A DNA stretch of 63,942 nucleotides, filler included, from an uncultured Ignavibacteriales bacterium (GTDB lineage: Bacteria > Zixibacteria > MSB-5A5 > GN15 > JAAZOE01), in NCBI GenBank assembly GCA_964611355.1. It is 7 parts of 6 records of this genome, joined end to end, with 100 filler letters (N's around TTAATTAATTAA, not from the genome) between each part and the next. Parts side by side here need not be neighbours in the genome. Positions count along the whole stretch, not along the records: positions 2,845 to 13,252 come from CAZSYD010000002.1; positions 13,353 to 30,223 come from CAZSYD010000003.1; 5 more parts are not named here. The stretch is one strand, 5' to 3'. Numbering within the stretch: the stretch's first letter is position 1; each line of letters opens with the position of its first letter. The notes beneath the pieces were generated by a model that was given only the letters and a program-made list of their open reading frames with translations, searched no databases and was not told the DNA's origin. Positions 11,755 to 21,449 of the stretch are shown in pieces. Position numbers and translations under genes: made by a program.

Positions 11755-12828
11755 ATGATGTTACCTCGATCTATCATATTAGGCGCAGCCCTTCTCATGT
11801 TATCGTCAGCGGTTCCGGCCGGCAAGACTTATCAGTATGAGTATCAGAAGATAGTCAATGTGGAGCCGACTCTTGAGCTAACCATTAACAACGCCAACGG
11901 CAACGTGGTTGTAACGAGCAACGACGAAAACAAGCTGAAAGTCGAAGCCGTTAAAAAAATCCATGCCGACAGCAAGGAAGAGGCTGATATGGTCTCCGAT
12001 CACGTCCAGATCAACGTTACCGCTGCCGAAGGACATTTTACCATCGAGCCGCAGTTTTTACGAATTCATGACCGGTCGCCGTCTTTTTGGGAAAAGCTGC
12101 TGGGCAAATCGGGCGAGCCGTCGTATGGATCGGTTGATTTTATTATTTCCGTTCCGGTTGACTGCAATGCCGATATTTATAACAGTGCGGGTGATATCGA
12201 GGTGGCCGGAATGCGGGGGAAGCTTGGCTTGTCAAACGCGGGCGGCGACGTCAGCGCTCGGGATATTTTGGGAGAGATGGATATTACCACCACGTCGGCA
12301 AAGATCTCACTCACCGATATTGAAGGAACCGTCCGCATAAACGCCACCGGTTCGCAGATTTCCTTTTTTACGGTTAATGGTGATTTGGAAATCAAGAACA
12401 ACTCGGGAAAGATCATCGGTGAATACCTCATCGGCGATCTGGTTATGACGAAGATGGTCGGCGGTGTTGATCTGAAACACGTAGAAGGGGATATCAGAAT
12501 AAAGTCAATCTCCGGGGATATCAGCATTGGCCAGGATTTCGGCGCTTTGGATATTGCCAATGAATCGGGTGACATCACAATCACAACAGAGTTGAATTCG
12601 CCCAGGGATTATTATGTGGAAACCGTTTCCGGGTCGATCAAATTTATGGTTCCGGAAGATTCCAGTGGAAAGATAACGATGGAGGTGGGTTCCGGTAATA
12701 TCGACACGCGAATACCGATTGCGATAGATTCTTTTTCGAAAAAGCGCATTACAGGTTCTTTCGGCAGCAATGGTCCGAAGATATCGCTGGCGACCCAGTC
12801 GGGAGATATTATTCTGGCTGAATTTTAG
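11755..12828 (+). CDS. DUF4097 beta-strand-repeat (adhesin-like) secreted protein
   Basis: Signal peptide, repeated (S/N)GD(I/V) units, C-terminal LATQSGDI. Confidence 0.8.
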   Translation: MMLPRSIILGAALLMLSSAVPAGKTYQYEYQKIVNVEPTLELTINNANGNVVVTSNDENKLKVEAVKKIHADSKEEADMVSDHVQINVTAAEGHFTIEPQFLRIHDRSPSFWEKLLGKSGEPSYGSVDFIISVPVDCNADIYNSAGDIEVAGMRGKLGLSNAGGDVSARDILGEMDITTTSAKISLTDIEGTVRINATGSQISFFTVNGDLEIKNNSGKIIGEYLIGDLVMTKMVGGVDLKHVEGDIRIKSISGDISIGQDFGALDIANESGDITITTELNSPRDYYVETVSGSIKFMVPEDSSGKITMEVGSGNIDTRIPIAIDSFSKKRITGSFGSNGPKISLATQSGDIILAEF

Positions 12829-12837
12829 ACCTCGGTA

Positions 12838-13252
12838 GTGATGAATAGAATGCGACAGGTATTAATTATATTTCTTCTTGCTTTAATGTCGGTTCCGGCC
12901 GTCGGCCAGGAAGAATCCGGTCAGAAATTTATCAGGATAACGCACTCCGTCGATGGCACTATGGCCGTCGATTCCGCCGGCGATACATGGTTTTACGAGT
13001 CCGATCAGGGTGAATTTGTCAAGGCCGATGAGTATGGAAAAAGGAGATCGGCAGGGTCTTCCTGGCGGGATGAAGATGAAGCGGGCGTCGATGATATTAT
13101 TCTGCCGCCCGAGGAACGCTGCAACGATATTCATTATGGCGATATCACCGATTTCCTGAATGACATTGTCGTTGAAGTTGATGAGCGCGTTGAGGGTTCG
13201 GTCACCGGCGGTCGCGATGTTATTATCAGGGGTCTGGTAACCGGCAATGTCG
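12838..13252 (+). CDS. Secreted protein, possibly polymer-forming/bactofilin-like repeat; truncated
   Basis: Signal peptide, then VEGSV..GRDVIIRGLVTGNV repeats; cut by spacer. Confidence 0.55.
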
Positions 13253-13352
13253 NNNNNNNNNNNNNNNNNNNNNNNNNNNNNNNNNNNNNNNNNNNNTTAA
13301 TTAATTAANNNNNNNNNNNNNNNNNNNNNNNNNNNNNNNNNNNNNNNNNNNN

Positions 13353-13421
13353 TTTAAGGTTCTTTTACGGTAGTTATCAAACTCAGCTGCCAGCCTTAAA
13401 TATTTGCGTTGATAGTTCCAT
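13353..13421 (-). pseudogene. GrpE-like fragment, apparently frameshifted or start-less, at contig edge
   Basis: Reads QRKYLRLAAEFDNYRKRTL (GrpE signature); the ATG at 13421 with SD is one base out of frame. Confidence 0.55.
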
Positions 13422-13612
13422 ATTATGTTCCCCGCTATAAGCTCAAAGGCAGTTAAAATAACATACTTACGGCTTAACGTACCCGGTATCTAATTTTTAA
13501 ATATTAATCATATTAGATTTATTGTCAATAATCAAATAGACGGTCATCGCTTAAAGTAAGCAATTATATATGGTTCATAAGTCACATACAGAAAAAAGGG
13601 GGGCTTGGCTAC

Positions 13613-13897
13613 TTATAGTTTCTTTAACTCAACAACCGTAGCGCCCCATCCGCCGCCTGTGCCGCCCTCGTGACGATATGACAAAACGGCCGGGTGTTTT
13701 TTCAGGATGGAACGTACAATCTCGCGCTGGACGCCGATTCCTTTGCCGTGAATGATGCGAATCCGGTAAATCCCTTTTTCCAGACAGCAATCGATATAAT
13801 CGAGGACAACATCTTTGACTTCGTTCGGTTGAAACTGATGAAGGTCAAGGACGCCGTCGATCGGATATTCTATCGGTTCCCGGTTGTTCTCGTGCAT
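13613..13897 (-). CDS. Stand-alone Smr/MutS2 C-terminal domain protein
   Basis: LDLH, RIIHGKGIGV, GGWGATVVEL. Confidence 0.9.
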   Translation of the reverse strand: MHENNREPIEYPIDGVLDLHQFQPNEVKDVVLDYIDCCLEKGIYRIRIIHGKGIGVQREIVRSILKKHPAVLSYRHEGGTGGGWGATVVELKKL

Positions 13898-13961
13898 ATC
13901 AATAACAATCAAACCGGCAGATAAGTACATATGCCGGTCACCGGATAAATACAATTAGGGA

Positions 13962-14004
13962 GTCGGGTTTCTCTCCGCCTGTGGCGGATCGGAACACCGA
14001 CCTG
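13962..14004. repeat. Intergenic REP-like imperfect palindrome
   Basis: GTCGGGTTTC..TCCGCC TGT GGCGGA..GGAACACCGAC nested hairpin. Confidence 0.5.
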
Positions 14005-14023
14005 CCGGTAGTCGCAGCAAAAT

Positions 14024-14443
14024 TTATTCGGATGCTTCTTCGGATTTCTCCTGCGTTTTGTCCGATTTATCGCCGTCGTCGGACTTTTTTATTTTGCCTT
14101 TGAGATTCATGATCTTTTTGACGACGCCGGGAATCGCCTCCACCAGCGAATCGATTTTGCCCGGTTTGGCAGGAAGAAGCGATATGCCGGTTTTGTCCAT
14201 TATGATGAACGCGGCCGGTTCGACGATGCACCCCCCGCCGCCGCCGGCCCCGTATCCGCCAGAGCTTTTTTCCTTTTCGCCTTCGCCGCCGCCGGCGCCG
14301 AAACCGACCGTTATCTTAACGATCGGCACCACGGTTTTATCGCCAACGGTAACCGCTTCTCCTATTACCGACTCGGCCGAGGCTATATTTTTAAGCTGAC
14401 CGACGATTCCGCTAATGACTTCCATGACATTATTGGTCATCAT
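14024..14443 (-). CDS. GerW/YtfJ family protein
   Basis: VIGEAVTVGDKTVVP..GFGAGGGEG...GGGGG..VEPAAF. Confidence 0.88.
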   Translation of the reverse strand: MMTNNVMEVISGIVGQLKNIASAESVIGEAVTVGDKTVVPIVKITVGFGAGGGEGEKEKSSGGYGAGGGGGCIVEPAAFIIMDKTGISLLPAKPGKIDSLVEAIPGVVKKIMNLKGKIKKSDDGDKSDKTQEKSEEASE

Positions 14444-15081
14444 CCACCTCTTCTTAATATGCTTGACTTTACTATTTTTCTTATCGGCAGGTCGCCAAAC
14501 AGCCGGTAGCCAATACGGATAACCTGCCGGTTTTTTATCGAAAGGGTCAGATGACCCGTCCATTCGCTTTTTTCCGCGCCAAAGTCCGGAACCAGGTTGA
14601 CCGTCCGGCGGGCGCCAGGGAAAATACCATAAAACGCCTGACCAAAACCGTAAAGCATGCCGGCCAGGGCCGGGTCGGCAAAGACCGGCCGGGTTTCAAG
14701 TTTCCCTTCGTCATAATGCAGACGCGAAAGAAAGCGGGCGGCAAAAAGCAACGCCGCTTTACAAATCTTTACGCGACTGGAAAGAGGAAGTTTCTTCCAC
14801 CAGGTTTTAGCCGCTGGTTTGGGCCCGGCTTTTTTCTTTTCGGTTTTTCCCGCAGTAATTTTCCCAGAGCGTGATTTGAAAAAGCATTTAAATCGTCCGC
14901 AAACAATTCCCAATCTGCCTTGTCCGGGATCATACAGTAAGCCGCAACCGATAATAGTCAGCGAAACGGTCGAATCGCCTTCACGGTGGGACGCATAAAG
15001 AACCAGCCGCGTGGTGACAATCAGTATCGCGGCAACCGCGACCGCCAAAGCTACAATAATCAGTACAATCGTCATGACCAC
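14440..15081 (-). CDS. DUF2953-like membrane protein (usual YtfJ partner)
   Basis: N-terminal TM, DPALAGMLYG motif, overlaps the ytfJ-like gene. Confidence 0.7.
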   Translation of the reverse strand: MVMTIVLIIVALAVAVAAILIVTTRLVLYASHREGDSTVSLTIIGCGLLYDPGQGRLGIVCGRFKCFFKSRSGKITAGKTEKKKAGPKPAAKTWWKKLPLSSRVKICKAALLFAARFLSRLHYDEGKLETRPVFADPALAGMLYGFGQAFYGIFPGARRTVNLVPDFGAEKSEWTGHLTLSIKNRQVIRIGYRLFGDLPIRKIVKSSILRRGG

Positions 15082-15201
15082 CGTCGGTATTTATCGGACG
15101 GTTTGAACGGAAACCGGCCATTTATTATATCGGGCTAACGCAGCGGTCACGTAACCCGGATGTGAGCATTGATTTTAGCAGTGATCGCACGGAAGGTCAA
15201 A

Positions 15202-15459
15202 TTAATACCGGCGTTCATCGTCGTCGAGGGCGCTGTTTTCAATATCATCGGCGAGGGATAAGCCGCTATCCTTGTCCTCTACTTCTTCGTCTTCCTCTTC
15301 ACCAACTTCTTCGGGATCGTCAAGGATATCTTCGCCCAGTGGCATCGTCTCGCCCTCCTCCATGGCATCCGAACATTCCAACGAGCAAAAGCACATGCCG
15401 TCCTTATAGAATGGGTGACCCTCAATTTCTTCTCCGCAAAAATCGCACCGCATAAACAA
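15202..15459 (-). CDS. Small Cys-motif (TRASH-like) protein with acidic tail
   Basis: CDFCG...FCSLEC, then D/E-rich C-terminus. Confidence 0.65.
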   Translation of the reverse strand: MFMRCDFCGEEIEGHPFYKDGMCFCSLECSDAMEEGETMPLGEDILDDPEEVGEEEDEEVEDKDSGLSLADDIENSALDDDERRY

Positions 15460-15568
15460 ACCCCGAGCTATTTAAGAAACAACTCCAACCGATTATTCGG
15501 CCGGAATAAACAAAAGGTTTATCTAAATGCAAGCACTTTTTGACGAAAGAAACGCGTAATAAATTCGG

Positions 15569-16354
15569 CTATATCACCTGGTCATCCCGGAGCTTCTTAA
15601 ACAGTTTTTCGGCGATTTCCTCCGGCGTCTCGCCCTCGATTATTTCGCCTTTCTGGCGCGGCGGAGGGGACACGGCGGCTACCAGTTTAGACGGAGAATT
15701 CCGGCCAACCGCGTCGGGAGAAATCTCCAGATCATCGGCCGTCCAGGTTATAATCGGCGCTTTCCTGGCCGCCATTTTACCCTTGAGGGAAGGAAGCCGC
15801 GGCTCATTTATTTCCTTGACGACCGAGACCACCGCCGGCAGCGATGTACTTACGACATCATGCCCTTCTTCGGTGGTGCGTTCAAAGACGGCTTCCAACT
15901 CGGAGATATCGGCCGTCCTGCGTACGAAAAGTATCTGCGGCCAATCCAGACGGGCCGCCAGCGCCGCCGGTACCTGTGCCGAATCATCATCGATCGCCTG
16001 TTTGCCGGCCAAAACCAGGTATACGTCGCCAATCTTTTTAATTGCTGCCGCCAGTATCAGGGCTACCGCCTGTGGGTCGCTATCCTCAAAGCCGGGATCG
16101 GCAACCAGGATCGCCTCATCAACGCCGACCGAGAGCGCCTGACGCAGGGCTGACTGGGCCCTTTCACTGCCGACAGTCAGCGCCGTGACTTTGCCACCGA
16201 CCTTTTCCCTTATCCTGAGCCCTTCTTCGATTGCATATTCATCAAAGGGGTTGACGACTCCGGGGCCGGATGGAAGCGTAACCTTACCCACCGCTTCATC
16301 AACGCGGATCAGTTCTATTTCCGGAACCTGCTTTATGATGGCAACTATATTCAT
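15569..16354 (-). CDS. etfB: Electron transfer flavoprotein beta subunit
   Basis: KQVP, NPFDEYAIEE, GKQAIDDD, NEPRLPSL. Confidence 0.95.
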   Translation of the reverse strand: MNIVAIIKQVPEIELIRVDEAVGKVTLPSGPGVVNPFDEYAIEEGLRIREKVGGKVTALTVGSERAQSALRQALSVGVDEAILVADPGFEDSDPQAVALILAAAIKKIGDVYLVLAGKQAIDDDSAQVPAALAARLDWPQILFVRRTADISELEAVFERTTEEGHDVVSTSLPAVVSVVKEINEPRLPSLKGKMAARKAPIITWTADDLEISPDAVGRNSPSKLVAAVSPPPRQKGEIIEGETPEEIAEKLFKKLRDDQVI

Positions 16355-16467
16355 TTTTTCTCCTTGCCTTCGGTCCTGTTGGAAAAACCTTTGTTTTATT
16401 CCGCTTTTAGTAACGACCGGAATCTAATTAAAGAGGGGCATCATGTCAAATTAAGAAGGCCGACTTT

Positions 16468-17217
16468 TTACGGGGCTTTAAGTTTTGCCAGGGCTTCGGC
16501 GGCTGCCTTCTGTTCGGCGTCCTTTTTGGTCAATCCGGTGCCGCTGCCGATCCGGATTCCATTGGAATAAACCGCCACGGTAAAGATCTTATCGTGATCT
16601 GGACCGCTTTCGCTGGTGACCTCATACCGTGGCATACTCTTAGCCGCGGCCTGCAAGAATTCGAGCAGGTCGCCTTTATAATTATAGACCGCGCTGTCGG
16701 AGGCAATTCGGTCCATTTTTGAGAGAAGGACACGACTAATCAACTGCCTGACCGCCTCAAGCCCGCCGTCGAGATATATGCCGCCGATTACCGCCTCAAA
16801 AGCGTCGGCATTTATTGAAGCCAGTTTCCGTCCTCCGGCGCGATCCTCATCCGGGGAAAGCAGAATATATTTCCCCAGTTTCAGCTCATCGGCGACGCGA
16901 TGAAGAGCGGCCTCATTGACCAGCAGAGATTTCTTCTTGGTAAGTCCGCCTTCGAGTTTGTCCGGATAACGGCCATAGAGAAAATCAGCCGTCACCAGCC
17001 CCAGCACCGAATCGCCCAAAAATTCCAGCCGCTCGTTCGACGGCAGCCATTCCTTTTTCTGCGATTTGGCGTACGACCGGTGTGTAAGGGCAACCAAAAG
17101 CAGTGTGGGATTTTCGAAATGATAACCTAACTTTGCCTGGAACTCCTGAAAAAGCCTGTCTGATTTTTTGGATACGCCAACCCCCAAAAAAGATTTAACC
17201 TTATGCCAGATTCCCAT
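16468..17217 (-). CDS. rnc: Ribonuclease III
   Basis: NERLEFLGDSVL, dsRBD with GPDH. Confidence 0.97.
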   Translation of the reverse strand: MGIWHKVKSFLGVGVSKKSDRLFQEFQAKLGYHFENPTLLLVALTHRSYAKSQKKEWLPSNERLEFLGDSVLGLVTADFLYGRYPDKLEGGLTKKKSLLVNEAALHRVADELKLGKYILLSPDEDRAGGRKLASINADAFEAVIGGIYLDGGLEAVRQLISRVLLSKMDRIASDSAVYNYKGDLLEFLQAAAKSMPRYEVTSESGPDHDKIFTVAVYSNGIRIGSGTGLTKKDAEQKAAAEALAKLKAP

Positions 17218-17223
17218 ATCGGA

Positions 17224-18468
17224 TCAGGATGAATTGACGTCTGCAAATACCAGGCTGGCATTGTGCCCGCCGAACCCGAACGAATTGCTGATGGCGCGGT
17301 TGATCTTCATTTTCCGGGTGGTGTTGGCCAGATAGTCCAGATCGCAATCCGGGTCGGGGTTGTCCAGGTTGATCGTCGGATGCAGGACACTCTCCTGAAT
17401 CGATTTGATGGTCACGATTGACTCCACCGCACCGGCGGCGCCCAAAAGATGTCCGGTCATCGACTTGGTTGAATTAATAGCCAATTTATATGCATAATCG
17501 CCAAAGACGGTCTTGAGCGCCCTGGTCTCAGCAATATCACCCAGTCCTGTGGCCGTGCCATGGCTGTTGACGTAATCCAGATCCTCCGGCTTAATGCCGG
17601 CATCATTTATGGCCGCCTGCATGGCAAGAGCGGCGCCGCGGCCATCCGGAAGAGGCGCCGTGATATGATGCGCGTCGCAGGTCATACCACAACCGATGAT
17701 TTCAGCGTAAATTCGGGAGCCGCGTGCTCTGGCCGATTCCAGGGATTCCAGAACAAGAATCCCCGCCCCCTCGCCCATAACAAAACCGTCGCGATCCCTG
17801 TCAAACGGCCGGCTGGCCTTCTGCGGTTCATCGTTGCGGCGCGAAATCGCCCGCGCGGAACAGAAACCGGCCATCGACAGCGGCGTAATAGCCGCCTCGG
17901 CGCCTCCCGTCATCATTATATCCGCTTCGCCGCGCTGAATTATCCGGAAAGAGTCGGCAATGGCATTGGCCGATGAAGCACATGCGGAAACAGTCGCATA
18001 GTTAGGCCCCTTGAAATCGAATCGCATGGCCGTCATTCCGGCGCACATATCGATAATCATCATCGGAATGAAAAACGGCGAAACCCGTTTTGCTCCTCGA
18101 TCAAGCATGGTCTTATGCTGATCTTCAAACGTTCTTATACCGCCTATACCCGACCCAATGATAACCCCGCACCGGTCCCGATTCAGGTTGTTTTGCCCCA
18201 AACCGGCATCATCGTACGCCATTTGTGCCGCCGATAGACCCAATTGTTCATTTCGGTCCATCCGCCGCAGGGTTTTTGGATCTATATATTGCTCCGGGGC
18301 AAATCCCTTTACCTCGGCGGCGATAGTTGTCGACAAGCCATCGGTTGGAAAAGCCGATATGGTATCAACACCGGACTTCCCGGCCAATAGGTTTTTCCAA
18401 GTATCGGCGAGATTATTCCCCAATGGCGTAACTACGCCCATACCTGTGATAACAACCCTAATTCCCAT
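17224..18468 (-). CDS. fabF: Beta-ketoacyl-ACP synthase II
   Basis: SACAS, HGTAT, GHLLGAAG, SFGFGGHN. Confidence 0.97.
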   Translation of the reverse strand: MGIRVVITGMGVVTPLGNNLADTWKNLLAGKSGVDTISAFPTDGLSTTIAAEVKGFAPEQYIDPKTLRRMDRNEQLGLSAAQMAYDDAGLGQNNLNRDRCGVIIGSGIGGIRTFEDQHKTMLDRGAKRVSPFFIPMMIIDMCAGMTAMRFDFKGPNYATVSACASSANAIADSFRIIQRGEADIMMTGGAEAAITPLSMAGFCSARAISRRNDEPQKASRPFDRDRDGFVMGEGAGILVLESLESARARGSRIYAEIIGCGMTCDAHHITAPLPDGRGAALAMQAAINDAGIKPEDLDYVNSHGTATGLGDIAETRALKTVFGDYAYKLAINSTKSMTGHLLGAAGAVESIVTIKSIQESVLHPTINLDNPDPDCDLDYLANTTRKMKINRAISNSFGFGGHNASLVFADVNSS

Positions 18469-18489
18469 CTGTAATTGTTTCCCTGGTTA

Positions 18490-18726
18490 CTATTCCTTGA
18501 AATTCGCCTTTATATAGTTAACAGCCTGACCTACCGTGGTAATATTTTCCGAATCCTTGTCCGAAATCTGCAGATTGAATTCATCTTCCAGCGCCAGAAC
18601 AAGTTCCGCCTGATCGAGTGAATCAGCGCCAAGATCCTCAACAAACGACGCTTCAATGGTAATCTGATCAGCAGTCACATTCAGTTTGTCCATCACGATT
18701 CCTTTGACTTTCTCTTCAACTGACAT
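18490..18726 (-). CDS. acpP: Acyl carrier protein
   Basis: DLGADSLD motif. Confidence 0.97.
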   Translation of the reverse strand: MSVEEKVKGIVMDKLNVTADQITIEASFVEDLGADSLDQAELVLALEDEFNLQISDKDSENITTVGQAVNYIKANFKE

Positions 18727-18765
18727 TCGCTTCTCCTTCTATATATTCAATTGGTTTTCCATTTA

Positions 18766-19509
18766 TCACATTAACAAACCGCCGTCCACCTGCAAAACCT
18801 GCCCGGTGATATAATCGGCCTCCGGGGAAGCCAGAAAGGCTACCGCCGCGGCGACATCCTCTGCAGCGCCGACCCGCCTAAGCGGAATGGCCTTTAAAAA
18901 TGCCTCCCTTGCCGCTTCCGGCAAATCCTCCGTCATCTGGGTTGCTATGTATCCCGGGGCGACGGCATTAACCGTGATTCCCCGTCCGCCCAGTTCTTTG
19001 GCCAGTGATTTCGTCAGCCCGATAAGACCCGCCTTGGAGGCGGCATAATTGCTCTGACCGGCGTTGCCCATCAGGCCAACCACGGAAGATATATTTATAA
19101 TTTTCCCGTGTCTGGCTTTCATCATGATTCTTGAAACCGCCTGAGTAGTCAAAAACGCCCCTTTAAGATTAATCTCCATCACCTGATCCCAACTTTCGGA
19201 GGTTTGCCGAATCAAAAGACCATCACGCGTTATCCCGGCGTTGTTGACGAGTATGTCAAGCGATCTAAACTCATCCAGGGCGGTTTTCACCATACGGTCG
19301 ATATCATCCGACTTTGTAACGTCGCAGCCGACGGCAAGGGCCTGGTAACCTTTCGCAGCCATCTCTGCGGCCGTTTCTTCGGCCTGATCGGCCAGTATAT
19401 CGGAGATAACCATTCGGGCGCCGAGAGAACCGAGCTTTTCGACTATCGCTTTACCGATGCCGCGTGCGGAACCGGTGACAATAGCCGTTTTCCCTTCTAA
19501 TGGTTTCAT
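18766..19509 (-). CDS. fabG: 3-oxoacyl-ACP reductase
   Basis: TGSARGIG, NNAGITRD, YAASK. Confidence 0.97.
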   Translation of the reverse strand: MKPLEGKTAIVTGSARGIGKAIVEKLGSLGARMVISDILADQAEETAAEMAAKGYQALAVGCDVTKSDDIDRMVKTALDEFRSLDILVNNAGITRDGLLIRQTSESWDQVMEINLKGAFLTTQAVSRIMMKARHGKIINISSVVGLMGNAGQSNYAASKAGLIGLTKSLAKELGGRGITVNAVAPGYIATQMTEDLPEAAREAFLKAIPLRRVGAAEDVAAAVAFLASPEADYITGQVLQVDGGLLM

Positions 19510-19530
19510 AATAGTCCAGCCTTATGATAC

Positions 19531-20454
19531 CTATGCCACAACCTTTTCCAGGTCGGCAAGGAGATCAATATTTTCTATGGCGATTCCCGGCATATCGCGC
19601 CTGGCCAGCCCGGAAAGCACCCTGCCGGGTCCCAATTCAATCAAGCTTTCCACCCCGGCATTCCTAAAGAATTCCATGGTATCCCGCCATCGTACGGGAG
19701 AAGTTATCTGCTCAACCAGCAAACGGCGTATTTCATCTGCCTTCCAGACCGGTTCACCCGTAACATTTGGTATTATCGGTGGCTTAGCATCTTTAATACT
19801 AATTTTATCCAGACAGGCCGCCATACCGCCGGTGGCCGAGGCCATAAGCGGTGAATGGAAGGCGCCGCCAACTTCAAGTAAAACGGCTCTTTTGGCGCCA
19901 GCTTCCCTGGCCAGGCGGCAAGCTTCTTCGACAGCCGCCAGTTCGCCGGATACGACCGCCTGTATAGATGAGTTTAGATTAGCCACCGTTATTACGCCTT
20001 TGGCCGAAGCGGCCCGGCAGACCTCATCCAGCTTTTCGTCGGATAATGCCAGAATGGCTGCCATTGCGCCCGGGTTATTGACGCACGCTTCTTCCATTAA
20101 TCTTGCGCGGGTGCAAATGGCTGTTACCGCATCCTCAAAGCTTAAAGACCCGCAGCATACCAGGGCAGTATATTCACCCAAACTATGCCCGGCCGCGAAA
20201 ACAGGCCTGGGCAGATTATCACCCAGAATCTCCAACAGGGCCAGCGAATGGATTAGTATGGCCGGCTGAGTGAATTTTGTCTGTTTGAGCTTTTCTGCCG
20301 GTCCCTTAAACGAAATCTTGGCCAGATCCTCGCCCAGAAGCTCCGAAGCCTGATCGTAAAGGCTTCTGACCCTGTCAGACTTGTCGAAAAGCTCCTGCCC
20401 CATCCCGACATACTGCGAAGCCTGTCCCGGAAATATGTAAGCGATTTTATTCAA
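19531..20454 (-). CDS. fabD: Malonyl-CoA:ACP transacylase
   Basis: FPGQASQ, GHSLGEY, AFHS. Confidence 0.97.
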   Translation of the reverse strand: MNKIAYIFPGQASQYVGMGQELFDKSDRVRSLYDQASELLGEDLAKISFKGPAEKLKQTKFTQPAILIHSLALLEILGDNLPRPVFAAGHSLGEYTALVCCGSLSFEDAVTAICTRARLMEEACVNNPGAMAAILALSDEKLDEVCRAASAKGVITVANLNSSIQAVVSGELAAVEEACRLAREAGAKRAVLLEVGGAFHSPLMASATGGMAACLDKISIKDAKPPIIPNVTGEPVWKADEIRRLLVEQITSPVRWRDTMEFFRNAGVESLIELGPGRVLSGLARRDMPGIAIENIDLLADLEKVVA

Positions 20455-20457
20455 ATC

Positions 20458-21441
20458 TCACCAGCGGATAGCCACCGCGCCCCACGTCAAACCTCCGCCG
20501 AAGGCGACGCTGACGATATTGTCGCCTTTTTTAATACGTCCCTCCCGCACGGCATGATCAAGAGCCAGCGGCACGGACGCCGACGAGGTGTTTCCGAATT
20601 TATCGATATTAACGTAAACCCTTTCCATGGGTATGCCCAGCCTTCTGGCAGTGGCTTTGATTATGCGAATATTGGCCTGATGAGGCACCAGGAGATCGAC
20701 CTGATCCGGTGTCAAACCGGCGTCATCCACCACTTTCAAAGCGGCATCCCCCATAAACCGAACGGCGTGTTTGAAAATTTCATTACCGTTCATGTGGAGG
20801 CAGGTCAGACGATGATCGAAGTTGCCGTTTCGTCCGAAAGGAAGGTGAGTGCCTCCCCCGGGAATATTGAGCAACGAATCAAGTGTGCCGTCCGACTTCA
20901 GATATGTTGCCAGTATCCCGCTGTCATCATCAGAGGCGGCCAGGATGGCAACCCCGGCGCCGTCGCCAAACAGGACACAGGTGTTGCGATCCGAATAATC
21001 GGTAATGGAACTGAGTCTTTCGGCGCCGATAACCATTATCCTTTTGAAGGTGCCTGCATTGATAAATGCCTGGGCCATTGACAAGCCATAGATAAACCCG
21101 GCACAGGCGGCGGCCACATCCATAGCGGCTGCATTTATTAAGCCCATTTTCTTCTGAATCACGCAGGCCAGCGACGGCAGACGAAAGTCTGGAGTTACCG
21201 TGGCAGCGACCACCAGGTCGATATCAGCCGGTTTCAGGCCGGCCGATTCCAGCGCCCTTTCCGCCCCCCGCACGCACATATCGGAAGTATCCTCGCCATC
21301 AGCGCAGACCCGCCGCTCTGATATTCCGGTCCGCGTGATAATCCATTCATCCGACGTATTAACCATTTTCTCAAAGTCGGCATTCGTCAGTACCTTTTCG
21401 GGAACATATGATCCGATGCCGATAATCTTTGCTCTGATCAT
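20458..21441 (-). CDS. fabH: Beta-ketoacyl-ACP synthase III
   Basis: AACAGF, PHQAN, GNTSSAS; start set at MIRAKII. Confidence 0.96.
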   Translation of the reverse strand: MIRAKIIGIGSYVPEKVLTNADFEKMVNTSDEWIITRTGISERRVCADGEDTSDMCVRGAERALESAGLKPADIDLVVAATVTPDFRLPSLACVIQKKMGLINAAAMDVAAACAGFIYGLSMAQAFINAGTFKRIMVIGAERLSSITDYSDRNTCVLFGDGAGVAILAASDDDSGILATYLKSDGTLDSLLNIPGGGTHLPFGRNGNFDHRLTCLHMNGNEIFKHAVRFMGDAALKVVDDAGLTPDQVDLLVPHQANIRIIKATARRLGIPMERVYVNIDKFGNTSSASVPLALDHAVREGRIKKGDNIVSVAFGGGLTWGAVAIRW

Positions 21442-21449
21442 TTTTGGGT

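Noticed and set aside
13377..13421. Selenoprotein-like read-through of TGA in MELSTQIFKAGS*
   Set aside because: Followed immediately by further stops, and the alternative frame matches GrpE far better.
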